Source: an uncultured delta proteobacterium (GTDB lineage: Bacteria; Desulfobacterota; Desulfomonilia; Desulfomonilales; Desulfomonilaceae). Taken from it: 64,000 nucleotides of DNA. Location: NCBI GenBank assembly GCA_963789265.1, contig CAWBKB010000006.1, positions 288,001 to 352,000 on the forward strand, written 5' to 3'. Position numbers and translations under genes: made by a program. The notes beneath the pieces are model-generated. The model did no database searches and was not told the origin of the DNA. It saw only the letters and a program-made list of their open reading frames with translations. Shown here piece after piece: positions 50,395-61,575 of this stretch (position 1 is the stretch's first letter; every line of letters begins with the position of its first letter).

Positions 50395-51513
50395 TTAGTA
50401 CTTGAACTGAGTCGACTGCCGCCACGTGGTATAAGCGAATCTGTAGTCGTCGATCAGGTGATGGGTGAAGGGTATATTGGTCTTCCCGAAAAATCTCTCC
50501 CAGCCAATCCGTTCCGCCCAATCTCCCAGACGCTCATACTTGCGCGCATCCTTGGCGTACACGTCGACTATGTTCTTTACCGCTTGAACCGTAGTCGGCC
50601 AACGAGGGGGCTCGTTGGGGATGAATGGAATGACGACCTTGGAGAACTTCGGTTTGCTTTTCCTGTTGGAGAGCTTGCCACCGACAAGAATTGCTATTCC
50701 ACTTCCAAGCTCGTCTGCAAGGGGCATTGCCGCGCACATGGTATAGCAGTTTCCACAGAACATGCAACGGTCCGCATTGACTTCAAGGGACTTGAGGCCG
50801 GTTTCGGTCTTTGCGGGCTTGATGGCCGCAGTGGGACAGGCGGCTATTGCAAGCGGAAGCTCGCACAGTTTATCGATCCACTGATGGTCTACCATAGGGG
50901 GCTTGCGGTGAATTCCCAGGATGGCTATGTCCGAGCAATGGACCGCTCCACACATGTTCAAGCAGCACGCCAACGAAACCCTGACAGGGGCAGGAAGTCG
51001 CATCTGGCCGAACTCGTCATAGAGGCCATCCATGACTGCTTTGACCACGCCGGAAGCATCAATCGCGGGCGTGTGGCAGTGAGCCCATCCCTGAGTATGA
51101 ACGATGTTGGTAATACCCGCGCCGGTTCCGCCAATCGGGAACTTGTTTGAACCCGCGGCGAATTTCCTGCTCTTGAGGTCATCCAAAAGGGGCTTGACCT
51201 TGCTTTTGTTGTCCACCATGAACTCGATGTTATTCCTGGTAGTGAACCTCAGATAGCCGTCGCAGTGTTTGTCTGCGATTTCGCAGATCTCACGGAGATG
51301 CTCGATGCTCATGAGTCGGCACCCGCCCACGCGAACGGTATAGACTTCATCGCCACTCTCGGCCACGTGAACGAGCACGCCTGGCTCCAGGATTTCATGG
51401 TAGAGCCACTTGCCGAAATTTTTCTTGATTACGGGCGACAGGAAGTCCCTGAAATATCTCGGTCCTATATCAGTAATTCTATCCTTTTGCGGATCTGCAG
51501 GATCGTAAGGCAT
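50395..51513 (-). CDS. dsrB: Dissimilatory sulfite reductase beta subunit
   Basis: [31 protein letters not shown] and [11 protein letters not shown]. Confidence 0.98.
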   Translation of the reverse strand: MPYDPADPQKDRITDIGPRYFRDFLSPVIKKNFGKWLYHEILEPGVLVHVAESGDEVYTVRVGGCRLMSIEHLREICEIADKHCDGYLRFTTRNNIEFMVDNKSKVKPLLDDLKSRKFAAGSNKFPIGGTGAGITNIVHTQGWAHCHTPAIDASGVVKAVMDGLYDEFGQMRLPAPVRVSLACCLNMCGAVHCSDIAILGIHRKPPMVDHQWIDKLCELPLAIAACPTAAIKPAKTETGLKSLEVNADRCMFCGNCYTMCAAMPLADELGSGIAILVGGKLSNRKSKPKFSKVVIPFIPNEPPRWPTTVQAVKNIVDVYAKDARKYERLGDWAERIGWERFFGKTNIPFTHHLIDDYRFAYTTWRQSTQFKY

Positions 51514-51528
51514 ATTTTCAACCTCCTG

Positions 51529-52819
51529 TTATCTCTGGTGTTTCTTGCGGTAGTCTTCGATGTCACGCGTCCAGCCGCCTTCAACCTCTTCTTCTTTCCA
51601 GAAGATGTACGGGTTGGATCTCGGCTCGTCGACCATTCTCGGGTCAGGGTCGAGCTCTACTACGCGCAAGAACTCTTGCATACTCTTACGCTGGATAAGC
51701 TCACCGAGCCGTTCGCGGTTCTTACCTTCTTCCATCCACCAGTCCCACACCTTTTCGATTAGATCTTTGAGCTCACTGAAGGGAGGTTCCATCTTCATGA
51801 ATGGGACGGTCAAAGTGGACATCTGAGCGCCTTCCAAAATCGGGGCTTTGGCGCCAAAGAGGATTGACGCACCAGTGTCCTGCCCGATTCTCAGGGCTCG
51901 CGGCATAGTGTTCAGGCAGTGCATGCAGCGAGTGCACTCTTTGTTATTGATTTCGAGCTTGCTGCCATCCCAGCTCATGCAGTCGGTTCGGGCAAAGATC
52001 GATCACTTCTTTCTGAATGTCAAACTTGCCCCAGTCTCGTCCTGAGTGGGCACCGGCGTTGGGTTTGAGCTCCCCGCCAACGTAAGCTTTAGCGGCCGCC
52101 TGGTCAATACGGATGTCATCCCGCCAGGTTCCGATGACTGACATGTCAGACCGAGCTATCGATGCCACGCATCCATTGGGGCAACCATCAAACTTGAACT
52201 TGAACTTGTAAGGGAATGCGGGGCGGTGCAGTTCGTCCTGGTACTCGTTGGTCATCGTGTGACAGCATTCCTGAGTGTCGAAGCAGGCGAACTGGCACCT
52301 GGACATTCCCAGGCAGCATTCAGGAGTTCTCAGGTTCGATCCTGAACCACCAAGGTCCTGATTCAAATCGTGAGTTAGATCGTAGAAGAGAGGTTCAAGA
52401 TTATCCGTCTTGGTCCCCAGGAAGACGATGTCTCCAGTGGAGCCGTGCATGTTGGTTAGGCCGCTGCCGTGTCGTTCCCAGAGATCGCACAGCCCGCGCA
52501 GAAATTCTGTGGTGTAATACTTACTCGACGGCTGGTTTACACGAACTGTGTGAAAATGGGCGACACCGGGGAAATTTTGAGGCTGGTCGCAGTATCTGCC
52601 GATAATACCTCCGCCGTACCCGAACACGCCGACTATTCCACCATGCTTCCAGTGGGTAACTTTGTCCTCGTACGAAAGTTCCATGACACCAAGGAGGTCA
52701 TCCGGCGCCTCCTTCAACGCATGTTTGCCTTTCTCCACCTGCTGCTTGATGTCCGAGACGAAACTTGGCCATGGGCCCTTTTCCAGTTCATCAAGCATGG
52801 GGGTGTTGTGTTTTCCCAT
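51529..52819 (-). CDS. dsrA: Dissimilatory sulfite reductase alpha subunit (apparent +1 frameshift at 51987-51988)
   Basis: [18 protein letters not shown], siroheme motifs CLGMSRC / DGCPNGC. Removing one base restores [12 protein letters not shown]...CTRCMHC. Confidence 0.96.
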
Positions 52820-53021
52820 TAAAGGTTCCTCCTCTCTAAGCTTGGGTTTTTTTCATCGCAACTTTATCCGGCCTTCTCGACCACCGGCCCTTCCGAGGCA
52901 ACAGGTCGTCCCGCGGGAAAGTTCCTACCCTCATCAACTTTCCTCGGGAATCACAACTCCAATTTTCTAATGGGTTAAGTGAACGTGAGTGGTTCAAGTC
53001 ACCCAAATGCAGATCCCAGAA

Positions 53022-53051
53022 ACTTTAATGGAAAAGGCTCGGGCAAGTCAA
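53022..53051 (-). promoter_or_regulatory. Candidate sigma70 promoter of dsrABD
   Basis: TTGACT-18 bp-TAAAGT about 200 bp upstream of dsrA. Confidence 0.35.
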
Positions 53052-53112
53052 GAAAAAACTTCGACATTTAAGATAAGTAAAGGATTTTCATGGAACGAAG
53101 CCCGACGCTTTC

Positions 53113-54789
53113 GAAACTGTCTCAAAAGTCGATTTTGGGCTCGCGATTCTCAACCGATTCTACTAATGAGATGTGAAAAGAGAATCGGAGAGGGAAAGGA
53201 TTATGCCGCAAATCAGAGCCGACTACAAGCAGGTGTTTCTGCTTCCGCCCGCTATAGATGACTGGATAGGGCCTGATCATCCAGCGCGCTTCATAGGAGA
53301 CTTTGTGGATTCCTTGGATTTGGAGGTGCTGGGTTTTCGAGTTCCGAATGGCGAAACGGGCCGTCCTCCCTATAGTACCGATCTTTTGTTGAAGGCATGG
53401 CTCTACGGCTATTTCAGCAGAATCAGGTCATCGCGGCAAGCTTGAGAAGGCATGCATGGAGAACATGGGATTGATTTGGCTGACGGGTATGAATGCAGCG
53501 GATCATAATACCCTGTGGCGATTCTGGAGGGACAACAAGAAGGTTTTCAAGGGAATATTCAAACAATCGGTTCAAGTGGCAGTCAAAGCCGAGTTGATAG
53601 GTATGGCGGTTCATGCATTGGATGGAACCAAGATCCCTGTCGGATCATCTCGGGAGAAGTTCAAGAACCAAGATCAGTTGGAGCGGATGCTTGAGAATTT
53701 GGACAAGTGCGTTGCCGACGTCATGACGGAGACAGAGAGGTGCGAGCAAGAGGAGGGTGGCGAATGGCGTCTTCCCGAAGCCCTGCAGGACGAGTTGAAA
53801 CGCAAGGAGCGGATACAGAAGGCCTTGCAGGAATTGGATAAGACTGACAAGAAGGTCGTCCATCCCTGCGAGCCGGATGCCCGGTACATGAAGAACCGGC
53901 GGTCTACTGAGCCCTCTTACAATGCTCAAGCGGTGGCAGACCAACAAAGCGGCATGATTGTGGCTGAGGAAGTGGTCGACGAAGGCAATGACAATGGGCA
54001 GCTTGTTCCCATGCTGGATCGAGTTCAGGAAAATTTGGGCGCAACCGCAGAGGAAACCGTGGCGGACGCAGGATACTTCGCATCGGCTCAAATCGCGTTG
54101 GCCGAAGAGAAGGAGTACGAGGTCTTGGTCGCCAAGTCGTCGGGAGAGTCCGCTGCGGAAAAAGGCGCTCAATGGGACCCTTATCACGCTTCCCAGTTCG
54201 TCTACGACCAAGAGCGAGACGTCTGTATTTGTCCGCAAGGCGCATCGCTGAACTTTCTTCAGAAGAAAGTCACAGGAAAAAACGGAAACGAGATCCGGCG
54301 GTATCGATGCCGGGACTACTTGACGTGTCCTGAACGGTGGAAGTGCAGCAAGAGCAAGAATGGCCGTCTCATAGACATTAACATCTATCGTGACGCAGTT
54401 GAGCGCCACCGCAAGAAACGGGAGGTCCCGGAAAGCAAGACGCTACTCCGAGCCCGCAAGGTGATCATTGAGCCGGTCTTTGCATGGATAAAGAGCCACT
54501 TGGACTTTAGACGGTGGACCGTGTCCGGATTATCCAATGCGAGGGCTCAATGGTCTTTGATGTGCGCCACCTTGAATCTCAAGAAGCTCTACAGCCATTG
54601 GCTGACGGGGCGTCTGGTGCTAACCGCGGCCTAAGACATCAGGACGGAGAGTGACTCATGGCTGCCTGAGGCATACTCATAGCCGGCCCCGGCTCGTCGG
54701 AGACAAGGGAGGCCAAGGTGCGAGATTAACCGCACCCTACCACCCCGAGAGTCGTCATCGTGCCACTACAACCGTTTTGAGACACTCTC
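53113..54789 (+). mobile_element. IS1182-family insertion sequence
   Basis: TIRs GAAACTGTCTCAAAA / TTTTGAGACACTCTC; 4-bp TSD TTTC (53109-53112, 54790-54793); encodes a DDE transposase. Confidence 0.92.
53203..54634 (+). CDS. IS1182-family transposase (apparent +1 frameshift near 53432)
   Basis: DHPARFI...GRPPY...LYGY..IRSSR|KLEKAC, DHNTLWRF, LDGTKI, YNAQ, VADAGY and IEPVFAWIK. Confidence 0.9.
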
Positions 54790-55001
54790 TTTCATGTCCC
54801 CTCCAGGATCTCCCAATCAAGGCTTTTCGTCTACTCCTTCTCTTTAATTGGGCGTCTAGGGATGCCGGCTCTTCCGTTTGGATTTTTGACATACTTCAAG
54901 GATTACTACAACTTTTTCCTTTGAAAGTTTATGATGTACGAACCTGACAAAAGGGCAGGGCATCTGCAAGGCTCTAAATATTCATTGAAAAGGCTCACGG
55001 C

Positions 55002-56181
55002 TTGACGAAAAATAATCTCGTTTGCAAAGAGCGGTTCCTCTACTCGTCTCCTCGCGGATCTGTGCTGTTCGACGAGAAGCAACTGGAGTCGTTTCTTCCG
55101 TTGGGGCGACCTGACGGCGGCAAAGAAGATATCTCGCAGATCACATATCGCGCGTATCTCGAAGCCGTTCGGCAGTGCATTCACGATAACCGGGACAAAT
55201 TCATTGAAGTTCTCGCCTGCCAAGGCTTGAAGGACTTAACGAAGATTCAATCTATTGATTTCATATCTGAAAAGCATGGGGCTGACTATCATCCGGCAAT
55301 GATCAAAGTTCAGACCGCGGCGTCTTCATATTCCTTCGCTGTCAATGTGGCGCTGACGGAGCGAGGAAAACGCCGTATAGCGCAAGATTTTGATCTGCTG
55401 ACTCTGTTCGGCGAGCGATTTCCCGCCAAATACATTCCGAAAGCCCATTTTCTAGGGAAGGTGAACGTTAGGGTAAATGAGAAAGATGCGGTTATGCCTA
55501 TGTTTATGGGCGAATGGCTCGAGGGATACCACGAGTTTCACCTTTGCGTTGACCCTGAAACTAGCGCTATGAAGACAATCCTGTGGGACTTGACCAGGGG
55601 CTATAGGGTTCTTTCCGGCGAAGCAGCGGCTGAGATTTACAGACAGGCTGCCTTAATCCTGACCTACTATTATGACGTGACGACGTTTGCTGAAGTGTTT
55701 CCGTGGCACCACGCGGCAGGAGATTTTGTTGCCAGGCTCTCCGATCGAACCGTGGATGTCAGGTTGATCACTTTGAGGCAGTACGCGGCCTCGTATCGCA
55801 TTTCCCAGCCAATCTCTCGACAACCGCTTGGATGCGCTTTTGGTTTTTCTTGCAAACCTGACCGTAAGAATGCGGTTGGACAGGTTGGATGGGGTAGGGG
55901 AGGTTGCATGGGCTGAAGATCGTGCGGTAGAAACAACGATCCGCGGATTTCTCGCGGGCATGAAGGCAAAGGTCGCGGCTGGAATGTGTGACAATCTTCT
56001 GTCCATACAATTCTTGGAGGCAGTGAAACGGATACAGTTACCGGAATTAGCGGAAATTTTTCAAACAGTCGCTGAATCCTACGACAAGGACGCACCGGAT
56101 TTGCCTGTTATTATGGAACACCTGGTTGACCACGTTCTTCAGGTTTACCGGCACTTCCAAGAGCTTCCGTCATCCTTTTGA
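55002..56181 (+). CDS. Hypothetical ~390-aa protein upstream of the dsrN pair (apparent +1 frameshift near 55787)
   Basis: Two ORFs join through RQYA|PRIAF...RMRLDRLDGVGE; motif-like segments EKHGADYHP, GEWLEGYHEFH and WHHAAGDFV. Confidence 0.7.
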
Positions 56182-56367
56182 TCAGGATAAGCCACGGCTA
56201 CTGCAGCTCTATTCAAATGGTCTCGGTCGATACTATCTGCACGCCCGTCTTTTACGCTCTTTTCTTTGTTGAACGAATTCAGTATGATTGGGTCGAAATA
56301 CGGCAGTTGATCATTCACGCAATAGCCCTCACGATTACAAATCGAGTCCCGGAGTACCGGTCACCAG

Positions 56368-57818
56368 ATGAGCGATGTCAAACGATCAAACATACCTAGA
56401 GTAATTCTCGCGGCCCTCAAAGGAGGAGCAGGCAAGACTTTTCTTACGGTCGGCCTTGTCGCAGCGCTTCGCAAACAGGGCCACAATCTCAGCGTTTTCA
56501 AGAAAGGGCCGGATTACATAGACGCTGGTTGGCTTGGATTAGCAGCAGGAGAACCTTGTTACAACCTCGATGCTTACCTCTTTGACAAAGAAGTTGTCCG
56601 CGGCTCTTTTAGCAAAAGATCTTCCGGAAAAGACGTCGCCGTTGTGGAAGGGAATCGCGGCCTTTTCGACGGAGTGGACCCGGCCGGCAGTTACAGCACA
56701 GCGGAATTGGCAAAGATTCTCAAGGCCCCGGTTGTGCTTATTGTGGACGGCACTAAGGTTACCAGGACCGCAGCCGCTGAAGTGCTCGGGTGCCGCTTAA
56801 TGGACCCTGCCCTGGAGCTGAAGGCGGTCATCCTGAACCGGGTAGCGGGCGCTCGACACGAAACAATCCTGCGGGAAGCCATTGAAGGAGCGACATCCAT
56901 TCCCGTCATCGGTTCGGTGGGCAAACTCCCCCGAACTAATTTTCCCCAAAGGCATTTCGGACTGCTTCCATTACAGGAACACCCTCAGGCTGTTGAATGC
57001 GTTGAACAAGCGGGCGCGGTGGTCCGACAATCCGTCGATCTGGACAGACTCCTTGAAATAGCTGCGTCCGCAGAGGACTTTCAGTTCAGGGCGCCGTCCA
57101 AAATATCGGAACATCGGCAGGGCCCCCATTCGGCCCGCCTGCGTATTGGGATTGTGAGGGACTCTGCATTTCAATTCTATTACCCGGAAAATCTCGAGGC
57201 TCTTGACAGGCGAGGAGTCAAGCTCGTGGAGATAAGCGCACTGTTGCCCGTGGAATTGCCCGATCTGGATGGATTATACATAGGAGGAGGGTTTCCGGAA
57301 ACGCATGCAGAAGTTCTTGCCGGCAATTCTTTCTTTAAGAAGTCCCTTCTTAACGCGGTAGACAATGGTCTGCCGGTGTACGGAGAGTGTGGCGGCCTAA
57401 TATATCTTTCCCGCAGTCTTCGGATCGACGAAAGTGTCTATCCTATGGCCGGGGTTTTTCCGATAGATACGGTAATGCAAAGAAAGCCGCAGGGTCTTGG
57501 GTACATTCATGTAAAGGTGACAGGTTCCAATCCATTTTATCCGATAGGAACTGAGCTAACCGGCCACGAATTTCATTATTCCAGTGTCAGCTCCTTGGAT
57601 GAGGCGGACGGTTCATTTGCATTTCGGGTATTGCGCGGCTGCGGAATGGACGGCTTCCGAGATGGGATCTGCACTCGAAATGCATTCGGTACGTACACGT
57701 ACACCTGCATGCTCTCGGTGAGCCGCTATGGGCCGAAGCCTTCGTGGCCAAAGCCTCTGAGTTTCGTGCGTCCCGTGTTTCCCGAACGGACAGAGATCTT
57801 ACTTGCTCGGCCCTCTGA
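56368..57818 (+). CDS. dsrN: Cobyrinate a,c-diamide synthase-like amidotransferase (DsrN/CbiA), copy 1 (apparent frameshift near 57700)
   Basis: KGGAGKT, FKKGPDYID, EGNRG, GGGFPE, ECGG and GHEFHYS; the shifted frame gives HLHALGEPLW, matching copy 2. Confidence 0.8.
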
Positions 57819-57902
57819 ACTCTTCCACCTTCCGTCCTTTCCCCCACATAATTTTCTAAGTTGGTACTTCAAATCCATCTCATTCATGATATGCAGTTGT
57901 TC

Positions 57903-59374
57903 ATGATTCACAAAACAAACGTACCGAGAATCGTGATCGCGGCGCTCAAGGGAGGCGCGGGCAAGACTTTCATTACCGTAGGACTCGTCGCGGCGCTTCG
58001 CAAGCGGGGGCTGTCACCGGCTGTTTTCAAAAAGGGGCCGGACTACATAGATTCCGGATGGCTGGGATCGGCAGCCGGCAGTGATTGCTACAACCTTGAT
58101 CCTTACTTGTTTAGTCTTGAGACGGTTCGCGGGTCTTTTGTCAGACGGGCTCTCGGCAACGATGTCGCCGTTATTGAAGGGAATCGCGGCATTTTTGACG
58201 GCGTTGACGCGGAGGGGAGTTATAGCACAGCCGAACTGGCCAAGGCGCTGAATGCACCAGTGATATTGATTATTGACGCCACCAAAGTCACACGGACCGC
58301 AGCGGCACTGGTTCTAGGGTGCAAGGCTCTGGATCCGCACGTGGATTTTCAGGGGGTTATCCTAAACCGAGTAGCGGGAGTGAGGCACGAGACAATCCTG
58401 AGACGAGCAATTGAAGACACTGCGGGGATTCCGGTCATGGGTTCGATCAGCAAACTCCCCTTGGAGAGCTTTCCGCAGAGGCATCTCGGACTTCTCCCTC
58501 TGCACGAGCACCCAAGAGCCGCGGATTTCATTGAGGAAGCCGCAACCGTGGTGGAGCAATCGGTGGGCCTCGATCAGGTCCTTGCAATTGCCTCTTCGGC
58601 CCGCGATTCTTATGTGGAAGCGCGCCGGGAGCGCCTTGAAACGGCACGCACCATGGATTCGTCCTGTGTTCGCATAGGAGTGCTGAGAGACTCGGCTTTC
58701 CAGTTCTATTACCCGGAGAATCTGGAGGCTTTCAGCATAAATGGCGCTCAACTGGTTGAAATAAGCGCATTGACTCATGAAAGGTTGCCCGATCTGGACG
58801 GGCTGTACATAGGCGGAGGATTTCCGGAAACGCACGCCGAACGCTTGGCGAAAAACGATAGTTTCAAGAAGTCTGTGCTATTTGCCGTTCAGAGAGGGCT
58901 TCCAGTTTACGCGGAGTGCGGGGGACTGATGTATCTCTCGAGAAGTCTGCGTATTGATCAAAGTGTCTATCCCATGGTCGGTGTTTTCCCTGTGGATACC
59001 GTGCTGGAACGAAAACCTCAGGGTCATGGCTACATCCATGTAGAGGTATCGGGTCCAAATCCGTTTTACCCATTAGGGACGGTGCTGAGGGGCCATGAGT
59101 TCCATTATTCCTACGTAACTGGAGCGGATCATCCTGCCGGCATGTACGCATTTCGGGTTCTAGGGGCCACGGAATGGATGGATCTCGGGACGGAATATGC
59201 ATGTTCAATGCCCTGGGCACGTACGTGCATGTACACGCACTGGGTGAGCCTCTTTGGATAGAAGGGATATTAAAGAAGGCCCGAGAATTCCGCAGAATGG
59301 CCCGGCTCGGGGACCACGACGAATACCAATCGGATCGGACGCCAGGGCGCCTACTTGGGTCAAAATCAGGCTGA
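57903..59374 (+). CDS. dsrN: Cobyrinate a,c-diamide synthase-like amidotransferase (DsrN/CbiA), copy 2 (apparent frameshift near 59165)
   Basis: Same motifs as copy 1; the C-terminus is in ORF 59174-59374 (GTYVHVHALGEPLW). Confidence 0.8.
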
Positions 59375-59406
59375 AGCTTCACCTGACACGACTGCGAGCC
59401 TTTTTC

Positions 59407-61392
59407 ATGGAATACACCAAGCAAATAGAAGAGATCCTTGGGCCCGGCGGGGTTCTCGAGAGTGCCATCCAGGGGTACGAACACCGCGAGCAACAGATCC
59501 GGATGGCCCAAAAAGTCTTCGAAGCAATATCAGCCACTGATCGACTGATCATCGAAGCCCCCACCGGCACAGGGAAAACCTTAGCCTACGTAGTTGCCGC
59601 AGCGCTTTCCAGGAAGCGGATCGTGATTTCCACCGGGACCAAGAATCTCCAGGAACAGCTCTTTTTCAAGGACATCCCGTTCGTTAGGGACAAGATCTTT
59701 CCCCGTTTGAAAACCGCCCTGCTCAAGGGCCGAGGCAATTTTGTATGTCATGCCAGACTACGCCGATTTCTGCGACAACCGTATCTTCAGGGTCTCAGGG
59801 ACTCGGATTCTTTGGAGGAGATTCTCAAGTGGTACAGGCGAACGCGAGAAAACGGACAAGGAGATCGCTCGGAATTGGAAAATCTCCAGGACGATGATCC
59901 AATCTGGCCCGAGATCTGCTCCACCACCGAGACGTGCATCGGGAAGGCCTGCCCGGACAGAGATAATTGCTTTGTCCTGAAAATGAAGTCCAGAGCTTAC
60001 GACGCGGATCTGATGGTGGTCAATCATCATTTGCTCGTGTCGGATCTTGCAGTCAAGGAATCCGGTTTCGGGGAGGTTATACCTCGTTACGACGCGTTAA
60101 TCGTAGACGAGGCTCATGGTTTGGAAGACGCAGCAACGCAGCATTTCGGTTTTCATACGAGCCAATTCAGAATCAGCAGACTGGTCCGCGATGCTCGTTT
60201 GGAATTGGGTCAGGCGAAAATCGAAACACAGAAGTTTCAGGTCGTCTTGTCGGCACTGGAGGATCACGGTAGACGCTTATTCGGGTCTTTTCCCGAAATA
60301 CCATCGTCACGGGGCGCCATGCTGACAGTGAATCCGGAAGTGGCCGAAATCCGTGACGCGCTCAGTCGAAATCTTGAAGCCTTGGCTTCCATGCTGTCAA
60401 ATGTTCCCAAAGCTCCGGACGAACTACGTTCTGTAGCACAGAGGGCGCGTGACATTAGTTCCGAGCTTCAGATCATCTTGGCTTCGGAACGGGGCGTGGA
60501 GTACGCTTGCTGGGCTGAACGACGTGATAGGAATCTGATTCTTCATGCTTCGCCGATTGAAGTGGGAGGACTGCTCAACTCACGGCTCTACGAGCGTGTT
60601 CCTGCTATTGTGTTCACCTCCGCAACACTGTCTGCCGGTGGGAATTTTGAATATTTCAAATCCCGATTGGGCCTGGACACCGATCCAGTCCCTTCGGAAG
60701 TGATACTTGATTCTCCGTTCGACTACGCTCGCCAGACCATGCTTTACATTCCGAGGTCCATCCCCGAGCCGAATGCTCCCGGGTTTACCGACGCTCTCAT
60801 TCCGGTGTTGGAAGAGATTCTCGTGCAAACGAAAGGAAGGGCCTTTGTGCTCTTCACTTCTCACAAGAACATGGAAGCCGTCCACGGGCAAATGCGGAAC
60901 CGGATCCCCTTTCCGCTGCTCATTCAGGGATCAAAGCCGAAGAGCCGCTTGCTGGAAGAATTTCGGCGGCGAAAAGGCTCGGTGCTTTTCGCGACATCGT
61001 CGTTCTGGGAGGGCGTAGACGTGCAAGGTGAGGCCCTTTCATGCGTTATTGTAGATCGGCTTCCTTTTGCACCGCCGAATGATCCTGTAGTTTCCGCGAG
61101 AATAGAAAAATTGAAGAAACAGGGGCGTGAGGCATTCTATTCGTTTCAAGTGCCTATGGCCGTTATTGCTCTCAAACAAGGGTTGGGTAGGCTTATCCGC
61201 ACGCGCTCTGACAGGGGAATACTTTGCGTCCTCGACCTGCGGATTCTTACCAAGCCTTACGGAAAGATGTTTCGAAGAAGCCTGTACCAAAGCCCGTTGC
61301 ACAGAGACCCTCAGGATATTGAGGCTTTTTTCGCGAGCGATAAGGATTGCCGAGCGCGATTGCCGGAGAACAGCATGGTCGAAGCCGGCTGA
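59407..61392 (+). CDS. dinG: DinG/YoaA-family Fe-S ATP-dependent DNA helicase
   Basis: EAPTGTGKT, KGRGNFVC, Cys cluster, VDEAH, FWEGVD and QGLGRLIR. Confidence 0.9.
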   Translation: MEYTKQIEEILGPGGVLESAIQGYEHREQQIRMAQKVFEAISATDRLIIEAPTGTGKTLAYVVAAALSRKRIVISTGTKNLQEQLFFKDIPFVRDKIFPRLKTALLKGRGNFVCHARLRRFLRQPYLQGLRDSDSLEEILKWYRRTRENGQGDRSELENLQDDDPIWPEICSTTETCIGKACPDRDNCFVLKMKSRAYDADLMVVNHHLLVSDLAVKESGFGEVIPRYDALIVDEAHGLEDAATQHFGFHTSQFRISRLVRDARLELGQAKIETQKFQVVLSALEDHGRRLFGSFPEIPSSRGAMLTVNPEVAEIRDALSRNLEALASMLSNVPKAPDELRSVAQRARDISSELQIILASERGVEYACWAERRDRNLILHASPIEVGGLLNSRLYERVPAIVFTSATLSAGGNFEYFKSRLGLDTDPVPSEVILDSPFDYARQTMLYIPRSIPEPNAPGFTDALIPVLEEILVQTKGRAFVLFTSHKNMEAVHGQMRNRIPFPLLIQGSKPKSRLLEEFRRRKGSVLFATSSFWEGVDVQGEALSCVIVDRLPFAPPNDPVVSARIEKLKKQGREAFYSFQVPMAVIALKQGLGRLIRTRSDRGILCVLDLRILTKPYGKMFRRSLYQSPLHRDPQDIEAFFASDKDCRARLPENSMVEAG

Positions 61393-61575
61393 TACTAATT
61401 CAAGCTTCGAAGAATCATTCTTTTGCCTGGAAGATTCATTTTGTCCCGGAGTAAGAGCCGGTTCGAAGCAGTCAGTAGGGCGGCCCGCGGCGGCCATCCC
61501 GAGCTTCGAGGGATCGGGCATGGTCCGACCTAGTAAAATACATCCGTGTAAGACCGAAAGAGGTCGTGAGCCTCC

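Noticed and set aside
50071..51150. 359-aa plus-strand ORF
   Set aside because: Antisense shadow of dsrB/dsrD.
53645..54409. 254-aa minus-strand ORF inside the IS
   Set aside because: Antisense shadow of the transposase.
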